Origin: Vermamoeba vermiformis | Lineage: Eukaryota | NCBI GenBank assembly: GCA_045837725.1 | Contig: JBEWZL010000053.1 | Coordinates: 62,001 to 126,000, forward strand | Length of the DNA stretch: 64,000 bases | Direction: 5' to 3' | In this document: piece by piece, positions 1 through 11,794 of the stretch | How positions within the stretch are numbered: the first letter of the stretch is position 1 | How the letters are laid out: each line of letters begins with the position of its first letter | The notes under the pieces: model-generated | Databases searched by the model: none | Told to the model about the DNA's origin: nothing | The model's input: only the letters and a program-made list of their open reading frames with translations | Translations under genes and position numbers: made by a program

Positions 1-1529
1 ACGTCGGAAAAAACAGTGGCATCGTAAGTCAGATCTAAATCAATTATTCAACGTGCAAATATTAATTTTATGCTTCAAATTTCTGTCTATGATAAATTTA
101 AATAATATCACGAGAATTAATGGCTTAGTGATGAACTTCTTATCATCCTTATCTGCGTAGTATGAATAAGATTGATTTTAATATGATTCTAATTTGCCAA
201 TTACAAATTCATAGTACTTCATATTATTAACTCATAGCAACATATTTAATAACGTATTTTACGTGGTTTTAGTTCTTCGCATTCCATCAGTCCAGTACGT
301 GCTTGGGCAATCTCTTAGGCGCTGTTCTATTAAGCAGTGGAGGCGTTAGCAATGTCGTATTGTTCATTATATTCACTGTTATTGGCATATTTGGTGTTGC
401 TGTATTCTTAGCGCTAAGGTAAGCACTTGGAAAATATTCTTTGCTTGGATCGAGATCGCTAACTTTCCAAATTTAGAAATCCGCCGCAGACCTCCGAAGA
501 GATCGCACTGCGCGCTGAAAATGCTAAGCAGCCGTTGTCTTATCGATTGTTCAAGGCATTTACTATGTTCAAAGACAAACGATTTTTGATTTTGGTTCCG
601 TTCATCATTTACAGCGGCATGAGGTACGAATAACGATATCGATTACCAAATAAGGAAATATTCATATTAATGTCTATATGTAGTCAAGGATATATCTACG
701 GAACATTTGCTACGGAGCTTGGAAAGTTTTGGTTGGGTTGGGTCATGGCCTCTTTTGGCGCGTCAAATGCTCTTTGTACGTACTTCCGATTGACATTTTG
801 ACACGTGTCATCGCTCATGCTCGGCACCGACGCCTTTCTCTAATACTTTTCCATATTAATAGGCTCGACTATGGTTGGCAAAATCCTCAGCAAGATCGGC
901 TGCAAAGGCACCATTACTTTATCGACGGTGTGCTTCCTTATTTGCAGTATTACGATGGCTGCAACACCGACTGAAGTCTTGCAACAAAATTACGGTGTTT
1001 TGTTCATGTGCGCCATTTTCTTAGGTACGTACAAGTTATTCGGTGGAGCTGGGTCTCTCGAAATTTCAACATTTGTATACAATGAGGTTAAATCTTTAAT
1101 GTACTAATATGATTATGATTATCAGGTGCGGCAGATGCAGGCTATAATACGACAATTTACGCGATCTGGGGCGCGTACTGGCCAAAAACAATTGAAATGG
1201 CATTTGGAGGCTTTAGATTTATTCAAGGCTCAGCTATTGCACTATTTTTGGGCATAGGACCGGTAGTTAACTTGACGCAAGCCACAGTGCTTATCGTCGT
1301 GTTTATCTTCGCCGGATTGACTGCCGTCCTAATCTGCGATCGAATTATTCAGCCTATGGATATTAAGCCTGGTCAAGAGGATCATAACGAAGTTAATTTT
1401 ACTACGAGCACCCATACAGAAGTCGCTTCTGCTTTGGAGAATGGCGATCATTACACGAATGGAACGGATGTGGATGACATGAGATCCGTTCCTCTCGACG
1501 ACAACTCACCTGTTACTGGAGCAGCCTAA
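1..1529 (+). CDS. UNC-93-like MFS membrane protein (5' part outside window; multi-exon)
   Basis: Spliced exons give VGKNSGI|FFAFHQSSTCLGNLLG...MFKDKRFLILVPFIIYSGM|SQGYIYGTF...AFGGFRFIQG. These motifs are typical of the UNC93 family. Several hydrophobic helices; stop at 1527-1529. Confidence 0.75.
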
Positions 1530-1754
1530 TATCCTTGGCATCAGTATGTCAATTTCTACGAATGTAAATAGCCTATTTATTTGCGGAAACGTTTTGTGCG
1601 CCATCGCCAAATTGCACGAGAATTCATTTTATTGCAATTATTCTCCTAGAATTCTTTCAATCATCACGCAATATCACGCGGTATCGAAACGACAAATAGT
1701 GAATCGAATATCGCGAAAGTCTATTTTGAAGTTCATTTGGATCAAGGAACAACG

Positions 1755-3117
1755 ATGGCGACTAAAAGAAAGCACGAAGACGACTCAATTGCTGGACGAT
1801 TGACTAAACGTCTTAAGACTGATACTATCGAAGCTGAGCGTAAGTTATGCATTTACCAGATATTTATTCTGAGAAATTCTTATCGTTTTTTTATTTCAAT
1901 TACAGAAAAGCTTGATGAGGTCTGGAAGAACCTCAATGACCAACTCGGAGCTATCCAATACCCTGCTGTCACCGAGGAAGAGGTCGATCAATGGGAAATG
2001 AAGGTCAAAGAAGCGCTCGATAAGTACAAGCGCTTCGATCGACTTCGCTACAAGTTTCCTGCGCAGCTTCGCGAATATCTCAAGCTTACCGGCAAAGCAT
2101 TGAAGGACTACACCGACCATTCGCCAAGAAAGGACCTGCTTACGAGTTTTTACGGCAAATTCATCGCAGATTTCGATCGAATGCTCGATCTAACGAAAGA
2201 AAGCGTAGAAGACACTACTGAAAGTGGAGAACATACGGAGACTAAGAAAGATGGCCAAAGAGTATATTGGGTACGTATACTTCACGATTTACAGCAGATC
2301 TAACCGAAATTTTAGTTCTGCATCTACGGCGAGAGCGAAGAGTACTCGATCTTGGTCAATTGTGACTCGCAAGATGAAGAAAACTTCGGAGGAGTCTACT
2401 GCGTTATCTCTGGTGAAGTCAATGACGATGGAACTGAAAAAATCATCAAGCTCGCCGCAAATTTGGCCGACTTCTTCAATTTGTTGATCACATCCATGAA
2501 GTACGAAGCTTTCCCCGGATTCTTGAAGCCATCAAAGTATGAATATACCATATTTATCACATCTATAGCGATCTGATAACATAATTAGGCTTGTTGAGTG
2601 GATCAAGGGCGAGTTCGGTCACGAATGCGAGATCGATACTTTCAAGGACAATTCTTGGAAGCTAATCGACGCAACCACCCGCTCTAAGCCTATTAGAGAA
2701 CTCATAGAGAGCGAGAAAGGCACAGTTTACGTTCCAATTTATCTTAGTGGCGGATCCGAAACCGAAGCTGTTTTGACGAAGGACTCGTACGGCGAATTAA
2801 TGCTCCGAATTGCTAAAACTCCTGAAGAAGATAACACTCATGTTACTTATGATAAGACTAAGCCCATTTTATTTATTGTCAACAAACTGACCGGTAAGAT
2901 CTGCTCACTAGAAATTCTAGTAACTGAACCGTTTTTCCTTCCAGGAATGGGTTATATGGGCACTCTCAATGACGCTAAGAAGTATATCGAATCTGGTGGC
3001 ACCAATGCGTTCCATACATTCATCGAGTATAAAGCACTCAACGACATTCTAGGCGACAAAACGGATCGCGTTAAAATTGACCTATTCTGGCTCAAAGCTG
3101 ATACGCAACAGTCTTAA
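1755..3117 (+). CDS. SUKH/SMI1-KNR4-fold protein with N-terminal bipartite NLS-like segment (paralog A, 4 exons)
   Basis: YPAVTEEEVDQWE...KFPAQLREYL and ILVNCDS...FGGVY...LAANLADFFNLL fit the SMI1/KNR4 pattern. KRK..KRLK at the N-terminus. GT-AG introns at about 1840-1905, 2271-2315 and 2538-2588 keep the frame. Confidence 0.65.
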
Positions 3118-3281
3118 ATTTCCAGATTATAGACCTATATAAAGTTGATAGATAAATAAAAGATTTCTTTAACAATAAGCGATCCCGAAACCATTTTTTG
3201 GCAAGCACAAGTTGAGTAACACAAAAGGGCTGCATTAGCCTTTTATTACATACAAATTAATAGTTGCTTGGCTTCTCTTTA

Positions 3282-5123
3282 ATGGTAAGTCTAAAGCAAC
3301 TCCAGAAACAGATATACCACAAAACGTCAAATCTGGATGCGACGAAAGTGAATAAGCAAGAGAATAAATAAATAAATTAAACCTATCGATTTTTAATATT
3401 AAAATATTATTTAAATAGGAAGAGCTTCCGTTAGAAATACAAAAACAAATTGCGGTGTTTGCCTGTGACTCAGCACGACGATGCCTTCGCTTAGCAAGCA
3501 TGAAATGGTTCAAAATAGTCGATTATAGGGATTTTAATATTTATTTAACGAAAAAAGCAGATTGGCAGCAGATCGTTGATAGATTCGAAACTTACACCAA
3601 TTTAATTTCACTCAGCCTCAAGAAAAATGTTATGCAATGCCCACACGATATATTCGCACATTTAACACGCTTGACAAATATGTCTAGCTTCGATATTGAC
3701 CAAATACAGTCATCAGCGTCATTTTCTGACTGGATGAAGCTCACCGCAATGACCAATCTGAAATTTATCTCCAATGATTTCCGCGATATGCCATTTAATA
3801 TTTGGAAACAATTAACGCAACTAGAAGCGTTTGAATCATTCTATCAACTTCAAGTACCATTCAACGAGATCACAGATGCAACTTCGTGCCTGACGAACCT
3901 TCAAAAATTAACCCTATGTACGGACTCACAAATTAATTTCCCTTTTGCTAACGTGGGTAACTCAAACTTGACATATTTGCACTTGCTGGCTCACAAAACG
4001 GTAGAATGGACCAATGAAGACTTGCAACGATTTTCTAACGTTAAGCAATTCTTTTTCAACGAAACAAATCTGTCAAAAATGAAATCTCTTTCACTCGACG
4101 CCATGACAGCACTAGAAGAACTCAGTACATCGTTTTTTATCGAGTCCGTCAACTCAACAAGGTTGACTGCCTTGCGCCACATTACTCTCAATCAAATAGA
4201 CGAGTCTTTGTTTCCAAAATTGGGCAATCTCAAAAGCCTCAGTCTTCAGACGGTACATGATCACTCAGAATGTTTGACGGCATTAACACAATTGGAAGAA
4301 TTTTCGATTGGTGCGACTTCGACAAAACAAAAACTTGCCATATTAGGCAATATCTTGTCAACCAACTTGTTAAGTCTTGAAGTTTCGTTAGCTTACAGCA
4401 CAATTGACTTTGGCTACTTGACTCAGCTCACATCACTTCAGCATCTCACTTTGTACCATACTTTGTGTGATGACATCATCACAGTATTGACTAATTTGGA
4501 AAAGCTCAATTATTCAACTAACAATTTGGAAACAAGTGACGTGTCATTGGTAAAATGTTTGCCGACACTGACCAAATTGCGAGAGTTACACTACTTGCCA
4601 AATATAGCAACAGACATCTCAATTGACCTATCACCACTAACAAATTTGGAACGGTTAGACCTTGAAGTTGATTCTGCAGTTTATTTTGGCCTCAGTCAAC
4701 TCACCAAATTAACATATCTAGCACTTAGTGCCCAAAAACAAGACCAATTTGCAATCGTTCAAGAGATTTCAGTTTTGACCAATCTGCAAACATTATCATG
4801 CAAATTAGATGCAAATTTAGACTACAGAGTGTTGACAGCTATGACTAATTTGAAGAATTTGACAGTACATCATTTCAACAATGAAGAAGATGTGCTGTAC
4901 TTAACAACTCTACGACTTACACACCTAGTTACACTAAAAGGACTTGGTGTTAATGGAGTATCATCTCACTAGATTGACTTCATTGCAAGACATTTTATTG
5001 CGAGACTCCAACTTGGCTCCTAAGTCATTACACGAGAAGCTGCCAAATCTGCGGCATTGCACTATTTATGCTGCTCAAAGAAAGGCTCAATCGAAAAAAC
5101 AGAGGAAGAGGTTTTCCTCTTGA
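3282..5123 (+). CDS. F-box/LRR protein (ATG-only first exon; one +1 frameshift near 4960)
   Basis: ATG|gtaagt at 3282 and intron 3285-3418, then EELPLEIQKQIAVF..RCLRLASMKW (F-box-like). Many LT.LT.L..L leucine-rich repeats follow. The LRR pattern resumes in the +1 frame after about 4960 and ends at TGA 5121-5123. Confidence 0.75.
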
Positions 5124-5296
5124 TGAATTTGAATAAACGTACGAAGAAACGAACTTTGCAAAGCACACGTGGCGAACAAAACAGCTGCGACAATCGAGCC
5201 GCTTTTTTGCAAGCAAGATATCTGGTAAGTCACAATTGACCAAGATCAAGTACTCTTCACACTCGCTGTAGATGCAGAACTAAAACTTTGGTTAAT

Positions 5297-5363
5297 GAAG
5301 GACTTGTACGGTGAATGAATGCTTCGAATTGCTAAAACTCCCGAAGAAGACAACACGCATGTT
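5297..5363 (+). pseudogene. Degenerate fragment of a third SUKH-family copy (matches 2778-2844)
   Basis: 67 bp aligns to 2778-2844 with 7 mismatches and no gaps. TTA>TGA creates a stop. Confidence 0.85.
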
Positions 5364-5430
5364 TTTTCGTTAATAAATTTTATTCTACACCAAAACACTT
5401 TAGTAGGGTCACTTAGCTCTCTTTCCTGCT

Positions 5431-5905
5431 TTACTTCTTATTCAGAGGATTGAAAGAAGGAAATCTTTGATGCTGCTCGAAACATTCTGCGCTGCAATAG
5501 TACGCTGACTGACATCCCGGGCAAGCAAAAAAGAGTCCCGTCTTGTCACTTTCTACTCTCGTGCAGCAATGACAAATCTTCTTGAAATGAAGCACTTCAA
5601 AGCATTTTTCATTCGTGAGTTTTAAAGCAGGTCGGTTATCGAGTGCAATCCGAACATACGGGTTGTGCAAACGGATCCATTGGCCAACTTTCACGTGGAT
5701 CATGCTAACTTCATAGATTAGCACTCTGAAGGTATCGCCTGGTTTGCCGTTAAAAAAACAATCTTTAAACAATCGATTCTTACCTTTCTTGTCTTCAAAA
5801 ACGGTCTCTATTCCAACTTTCTCAGGCGGGGCGAGAATTAGGCAGTCAATATAACCCTCGTAGATTCGCTTTGAATTAAGTCTTCCAAAAATACTCTTTG
5901 ACGCT
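5431..5905 (-). pseudogene. MYND zinc-finger protein remnant or partial gene
   Basis: CHCC...FACPGCQSAYYCSAECFEQH is MYND-like. It is preceded by ETVFEDKKG|DTFRVLIY...LHNPYVRIALD, resembling the segment seen in some TPR/SET proteins. The upstream frame has many stops and no clear start. Confidence 0.55.
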
Positions 5906-6919
5906 TAGCATGATCCGGTTGCCGTTTATGCTCAATGTCTTGAAGCTATTCATCCCATCTCCCTAAAGATATTTTTAACTAACGTCACGAGGTTAATTGA
6001 TTCTACGTCAAGGACTGACAAGGCGGATTCAATGTGCACTTTCAGGATCATTTTAGAGAATAGTCCGCTACCTCGTTCTCCTCGTACTCGACGTAAATAA
6101 CAGTCTTTTCAGCTTCTATTCAATAAGCTTTCATCTCGACCATACTCCGGCACGCTAATAGATCAGATGGAAAACGGCGAACCCCCCCCCCCCGGCCAAC
6201 CGCCCACCACCGTCGCAAGGAAGCTATTGCAAATCGCATACTTCCCCATTCTCAACGCACTCACTCGCCGTCAACAACCCCACAACGACACGGATCGAGA
6301 CAGCCAGCACGCACGCGAATTCCCCCACCATAAAAAAAAATTTGATAACCACCCGAGGATTATGCGAATTTAAGAATACTTTTTTCCTCCATTGACGCCG
6401 CTTTGATTATACCATTCAAAGCATGTTTACATTTATGAATCAACGCAGCACAGCAAATATTAGTTTTGAACGCGCCCCGGATGCACTGGGAATTTAATGA
6501 CGGGAGAAGCGCGGCTTTCGATGAGTAAAATATATTTGATTCTCGCGTCATAATTTGTACGCGGAGTGGAGCCAGGAAGAGAAAGGGAAGAAAAAGGGGG
6601 GAGAGGGAAGGAAGCAGCCTAGCCGTGATGCTAGTTTTGCTCCTGGAAACTGAGCGCGAACAAACTCTCTCGCTTGCGAATATCAAATTGATCGAATCTT
6701 GCATTGCTCATGGAACATGGAGTCCGTTTGATGAAGCGGAAAGAAAACAGCTGTTGCTTTTTGCGCAAAGGAGAAAACATTCAGCAATTCTAGATATCTT
6801 GACCCGAAAATAAAATTCTGGCAGCATGTAGCAAATTAATGGAAATTTCGTTGTTTTAGAAGTAAAGTTACTATCATTGGTTTTTTTTTTAGTTTGATTC
6901 ATATCCTCGGTCTTGAAAA

Positions 6920-9080
6920 ATGACAAGCACAACAAAACGAAAACAATCGGATCTCGCGGATCTACCAGAACTCGTTCCGCCTTCTAAAAAGCAAAAGATT
7001 GACACCTCCGATGGTAAGTCTGTAAATATTGCTTGTAAACTAATTATGAAATCGCAGGCAAGATAAAGAAATTGTGGCATAAAATCGCAGATCGATGTAA
7101 GGGACTAGAATTTGAGCCTGCATCTGACGAGCAAATTGACTCGTGGGAAAATTCACTAAGAAGAAAGATAAACAAGCACTTCAAGCAGTTTGACGCGAAG
7201 AAGCTCAAATTTCCTGATGAATTAAGAACCTTATGGAAGATCTGCGGCAATGGCGCCCGTCATTTTGCTCGAGAATTTGAGAATACTCATTACAATATGC
7301 TTCAAGAATTTTCTAATTTTATTGGAGATGGTGCGAGTCACGTACAAGCATACACATCCGACATAAATTTGATGGGCGGAAACCACAATTTCGAAAACGG
7401 CGATGACTTTCAAGTAGTAAGAACACCTTATTGGGTAAGCAATAATAGTCCTTCAATATCTATCACATTATTGCTGTAAAATAACAAAGGTGGATCTGAC
7501 CCAAATTTCATTGGCCTAGGCAAAATTCGGTGAAGAAGGAGAATTTTGTGAAATGTTTATCTATTGCGATGCTACGAGCGGTAATTACGGCGCAATTCAT
7601 CGCTTTAACTACGAATTGCAAGAAACAGTCTTTGTTTGCGATTCTTTGGCGACGTACTTGGAGCACCTTGGCAACTATCTGAACGACGTGCTAATTTTTG
7701 AAAATTTCTCGCGAGAAGTCTTAGTACGGTAAGTCACAAGGCCTATTCATTTTTAAACTTATAGTGTTAAAACTCTAATTATCAAAGGCGATTTATCGGC
7801 GCTAAGAACGGGGTTGTCAAAATTGCCGGGGAATTTGACACGTGTCATAGTTCAAGCTGGAATCGTGTCAAACTCGGAGACAGGCCATTAGAAGACGCGT
7901 TGAAAGTGGCAAAAGGCACGTCGTTCATTAAAATCAGCACGTGTTTGCAAAAACTTGGTCCCAATACTCCAGTCGCCAGCATCGAAGACTACAAGATGAT
8001 CTTGCAAAACTTCTCGCCCGATCTCGATCAATATCTCGAGCTGTATCCGGAACAAAACAGCAGCTCGTTGAAAACCAACATCATATCGCCAGCCAGCGAA
8101 CAACAGAAACAAGACTCGTTCACGCCTATTACCGAGACCAAAAAAACAGCTCCAAAGCTGACTGACGCGCATTGGACTCAACATCGCAAACGTGTACGAG
8201 CGAAGCTGACTGATGTGTTCAGGCGTGTCAACAAGTCAAAGTTGACAGATGTCAAAGACGCGAGTGACGCGCACATTAGAAAACTCGCCAAAGAGATTGA
8301 AGCAGCGCTCGTGAACAAAGTACCACGTGAAAAGTACTTACCGGAGTTCCGCGCATTAGTCTCTAGTTTGCCGAAGAACCTCTCGCTCTGTAGCCAGTTG
8401 TTGAACGGAAAACTCAGCGCTGAAGAGCTCGTCAAGATGGACAACGATCAATTGGCACCAGAGGCGTTGAGAGAACTGCGAGCCAAGCATCAGAATCAAT
8501 TGCCCATCGGTGTCAGAGACGAGACGGTGGTCGTAACAGGCGATGACCAAACGATGGACAAAACGACTGTCGAGCATCACTCCAAAGTCCTGGACACGCA
8601 GAACGATCGCATGACTGAAGAACGAAGAATGAGTTCGTTAGCGGATGTCAATAGAGAAGAAAATCTGATGGATCCAAATACCATTGCCTCTGGCGTGCCT
8701 GAAGAGCCGCCGCTTGACGAGAAAGAAGTGACCGTTGATTCTCCGACCAGCATTGAAAAGCAGTACCCTAAAGAACGAATTCAGCCCGAAACTGATAAAA
8801 TGTTTTTCATTAGAAATCATTATTCAGGTAAAGATTTTTTTCTTACCGTGAAAAATTCGCGAGATATTTTTAACATTTTTTCACAACAGGACTTGGCGTC
8901 GAGTGCAACTGGGCTGAACTGAAAGATGCATACGCCTGGGTCGAGAATGATGCAGCCTTTGATGTCTACATTAAGTACGAGAAGTTAAAAGAAATGACGG
9001 GTGAAAAGATCGGCAAAATTAACGCGAAGCATTTCTGGATCAACAACACTCAAACGACTGGAATTATGGAACAGTCCTAA
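6920..9080 (+). CDS. SUKH/SMI1-KNR4 protein with inserted TFIIS central-like domain (paralog B, 5 exons)
   Basis: SUKH-like: FEPASDEQIDSWE...LKFPDELRTLW and MFIYCDATSGNYGAIH...CDSLATYLEHL. TFIIS_M-like: RKRVRAKL...LAKEIEAAL...EFRALVSSLPKNLSLCSQLLNGKLSAEELVKMDNDQLAPEALR. NLS-like KRK..PPSKKQK. Confidence 0.7.
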
Positions 9081-9159
9081 ATAGAACATTGTGTCAAACC
9101 CATTTTAAAAAGAAATAAAATATAGCATTAGAATTGATCATAAGAATTCCCGTTAGTTT

Positions 9160-11666
9160 TTACTGCTCGACGTTCATTCGTTCGCGGATCTTGACCGTCA
9201 AAAACAAGTGCACCTTCTTATTGAAATACTTCGATAAATCTTCACGCGCTTCTTGTGATATCGCTGCAATAACAGAGGCACCAGATCCAACGAGAATTCG
9301 CTGCGAAAAAGTAAGTCAGATCTGGGATGCAAAAAAAATAAGGCAAAATAGTACTAAGGAGATTAAAAAGCAAAAAAGATAAGAGCACAACACCTCCGAT
9401 TCCCAGGTAGTCTCCTGCCCCAGTACTAAGAAGGCCTGAACAAGCTTAACTTCGCTGATCGGACGGGAAGCGGTGCATTCTTGTTAGTGTGGTCGTGCCC
9501 GAGACGCTTTGCAACGTCATACTCGGGTCACTACTTACAGGCCTAACAAAAATGCACGCACTTCACATCCGTAATGATTGATCTAATTATATTGGTTTGA
9601 GTGCAATACTAACCTTATGAGCATTCTTCGTAACAAAAATGACTTGATCGATGCGCAAATCTCCGTTCTTGCACGGCGTAAATCCGACGTTTTCTTGTCT
9701 AGTCTGGTACGGAATTTCTTTGTTGGTTCGCTTGAAAATTTTTTCACGGACAATTTCTTCGATGATTTGCAAATCAGCCAAAGATGATTTCTAGAAATAT
9801 ATAGTTAGTAAAATAGACTTATTTAAATGCCCAAATCTTACGTATTCTTTCGGGAAGAGCCATTCACGAGGTTCGGCCTTTGTCATCAAATATTCCTAAA
9901 AAGGAAATCAGATCGAGATCTGCGCTTGATTTCGTGTTAATAGCGTACCTTTAACTCCTCAGTATTCTTTCCGTTCTTAGCTGAGACTAAAAATATCCTC
10001 TTGAAGATTGTATGCAAATTGGGGAACCTGTGTTCAAATCGACCGACAATTCTGGCTCTATCGTCTGCGTCATCTGCCAAATCAACCTAAAAACATAATT
10101 TCCTAAGTATAATATATTTTACTAAATTATGTAGAATTTTTGCGTTCGGGGTAGAAAAATTTTGATCGAGGGTTAGGGTTTGAAAATTGAAATTCCTTTA
10201 GCCTACCTTATTTAACACTAATATATAATCCAACGGTACTGGCTCGACATCTTCATGCTCTACAAGTGGTTCATAATCTTGATCTTCCTCAGGCAACTCG
10301 TCATCGCCGATCTCGATCTCAACGGATTTGATCAGATCTGCTTCCATCTCTTTTTTGGATTTTTTCTTCGAATTCATTTTCTGTTTCATTTCTTTTAATA
10401 ATTTTTCTTGCTCGATTTTTTCAGCCTCTTTGTTCTTTCTGTACTCTTCTAAATCCTTTTGAAATTGTTTTTGTCTTCTTTCAATACCGACAATAATATT
10501 CTGCAAATCAATATCGATTGTTTTAACCGCATCTACCACGAGCATAACTACATAAATAGCAAATTAATAAATTTTCTTTCAAGGTAGATCCGGATCGACT
10601 TACCGAAGTCGCACTCATCAGTAGCGTTCCAAGCCGCAGTTACAATTTGGGAGTTAATCCTAATGCATATTTAACATCTTTTGCATAATAAAATTGATAA
10701 ATTGAACGCGCTTACTTTTTTCTCATTCGTGTGCTAACGATTCCAGGAGTATCGGTAAAAATCTTCAAGAGACGTTAGAACTACCAATTAATTATTATAC
10801 TACCATAACTTACGAGTTGTGTGTCACCAGTAGTTGCAATACCATATAAATTTGTTCGCGTAGTTTGTGCTTTTGGAGAAACAGCCGTGATCTAAAAATT
10901 ATTTCAAATATTAGTCGCTTCCCTTCAAAAATAGTACTAGCGCAATGATATTAATTACATATTACTTTTATATTACGAAACATATTACGTACTTTGGCTC
11001 CAACAATTCTGTTCACGAGGGTTGACTTTCCCGCATTTGGAGCACCAATAACGGCAATATTTAAGGACTTGGGATTCTCAGGCTGTTCTGGGGATTTCAC
11101 TGGAAGCATTTTTTGATTGATTCCTATTTAAAAATATGTTTAGAAGGGCTCCTGTCTGGATGAGGATCGCGATCCAAAAAACGCGTGAAAATAATTCACC
11201 AAAATTTAAATAAAATATTACACTCCCATATTTATCGTTAATGATTATTCAGTAATTGAATAGCGTCGTATGAATACGAATTAGAATTACCTGCTTCTTT
11301 TATTTGCCAGCTCAACGGCGATCGCATAAATTTTCTTCGTTCTTTTTCTTCCTTTTGTCGCTTCTTTTGCAATTCTTCCTCCATTAGTCTAATTTTCTCG
11401 GCCTCTTCAGCTTTTTTCGCCTCCTCGGACTTTGGGAAAACATATTTTTTCATGATCGAATAAGATCTTGACGTTCGTAAACGTAGTTGATTATTTCTGG
11501 TTGCGTGATATATAGAAAAAATTCCAGTATTATTCCTGACTATAAATAAAAATATTTAATAAACATGGAGTGAACTCAGATCGTTCCGTCTGTACTTACC
11601 TGCAGGACTCACAGATCGCGCGCAGGCTCGCGTACAATAAATCAAGTATTTACACAACGTCGCCAT
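9160..11666 (-). CDS. ERAL1: Era-family GTPase (ERAL1-like, probably mitochondrial), multi-exon
   Basis: IAVIGAPNAGKSTLVN, TAVSPKAQTTR, FTDTPG, LVLNKV, EIVREKIF..EIPY and a KH-like tail RILVGSGA..KVHLFLTVK. The basic N-terminus resembles a transit peptide. Confidence 0.9.
9365..9377 (-). terminator. RNA polymerase III oligo-T terminator of the 5S gene
   Basis: TTTTTTGCTTTTT on the minus strand just after the 5S 3' end. Confidence 0.8.
9381..9500 (-). rRNA. 5S ribosomal RNA gene within the last intron (9301-9613) of Era
   Basis: Minus strand GGGCACGACCACACTAACAAGAATGCACCGCTTCCCGTCCGATCAGCGAAGTTAAGC...TTAGTACTGGGGCAGGAGACTACCTGGGAATC...GTTGTGCTC. About 119-120 nt with conserved eukaryotic 5S motifs. 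The 5' and 3' ends pair as helix I. Confidence 0.95.
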
Positions 11667-11794
11667 TGCACTCCTTTTCGAATATAAAAATGATTGGCGT
11701 AGTTTTATTTTGAAATTTTTATTTTATTGTCACAACATTAACAACGACACTGCAGTGCCAAATAAATACTATATTATATATTATAACAGCGCTG

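Noticed and set aside
3411-3421. Apparent missing start codon of the F-box/LRR gene
   Set aside because: Explained by an ATG-only exon at 3282-3284 and intron 3285-3418.
11594-11606. U1 snRNA 5' end-like TACTTACCTG
   Set aside because: It is the reverse complement of the Era exon-1 splice donor.
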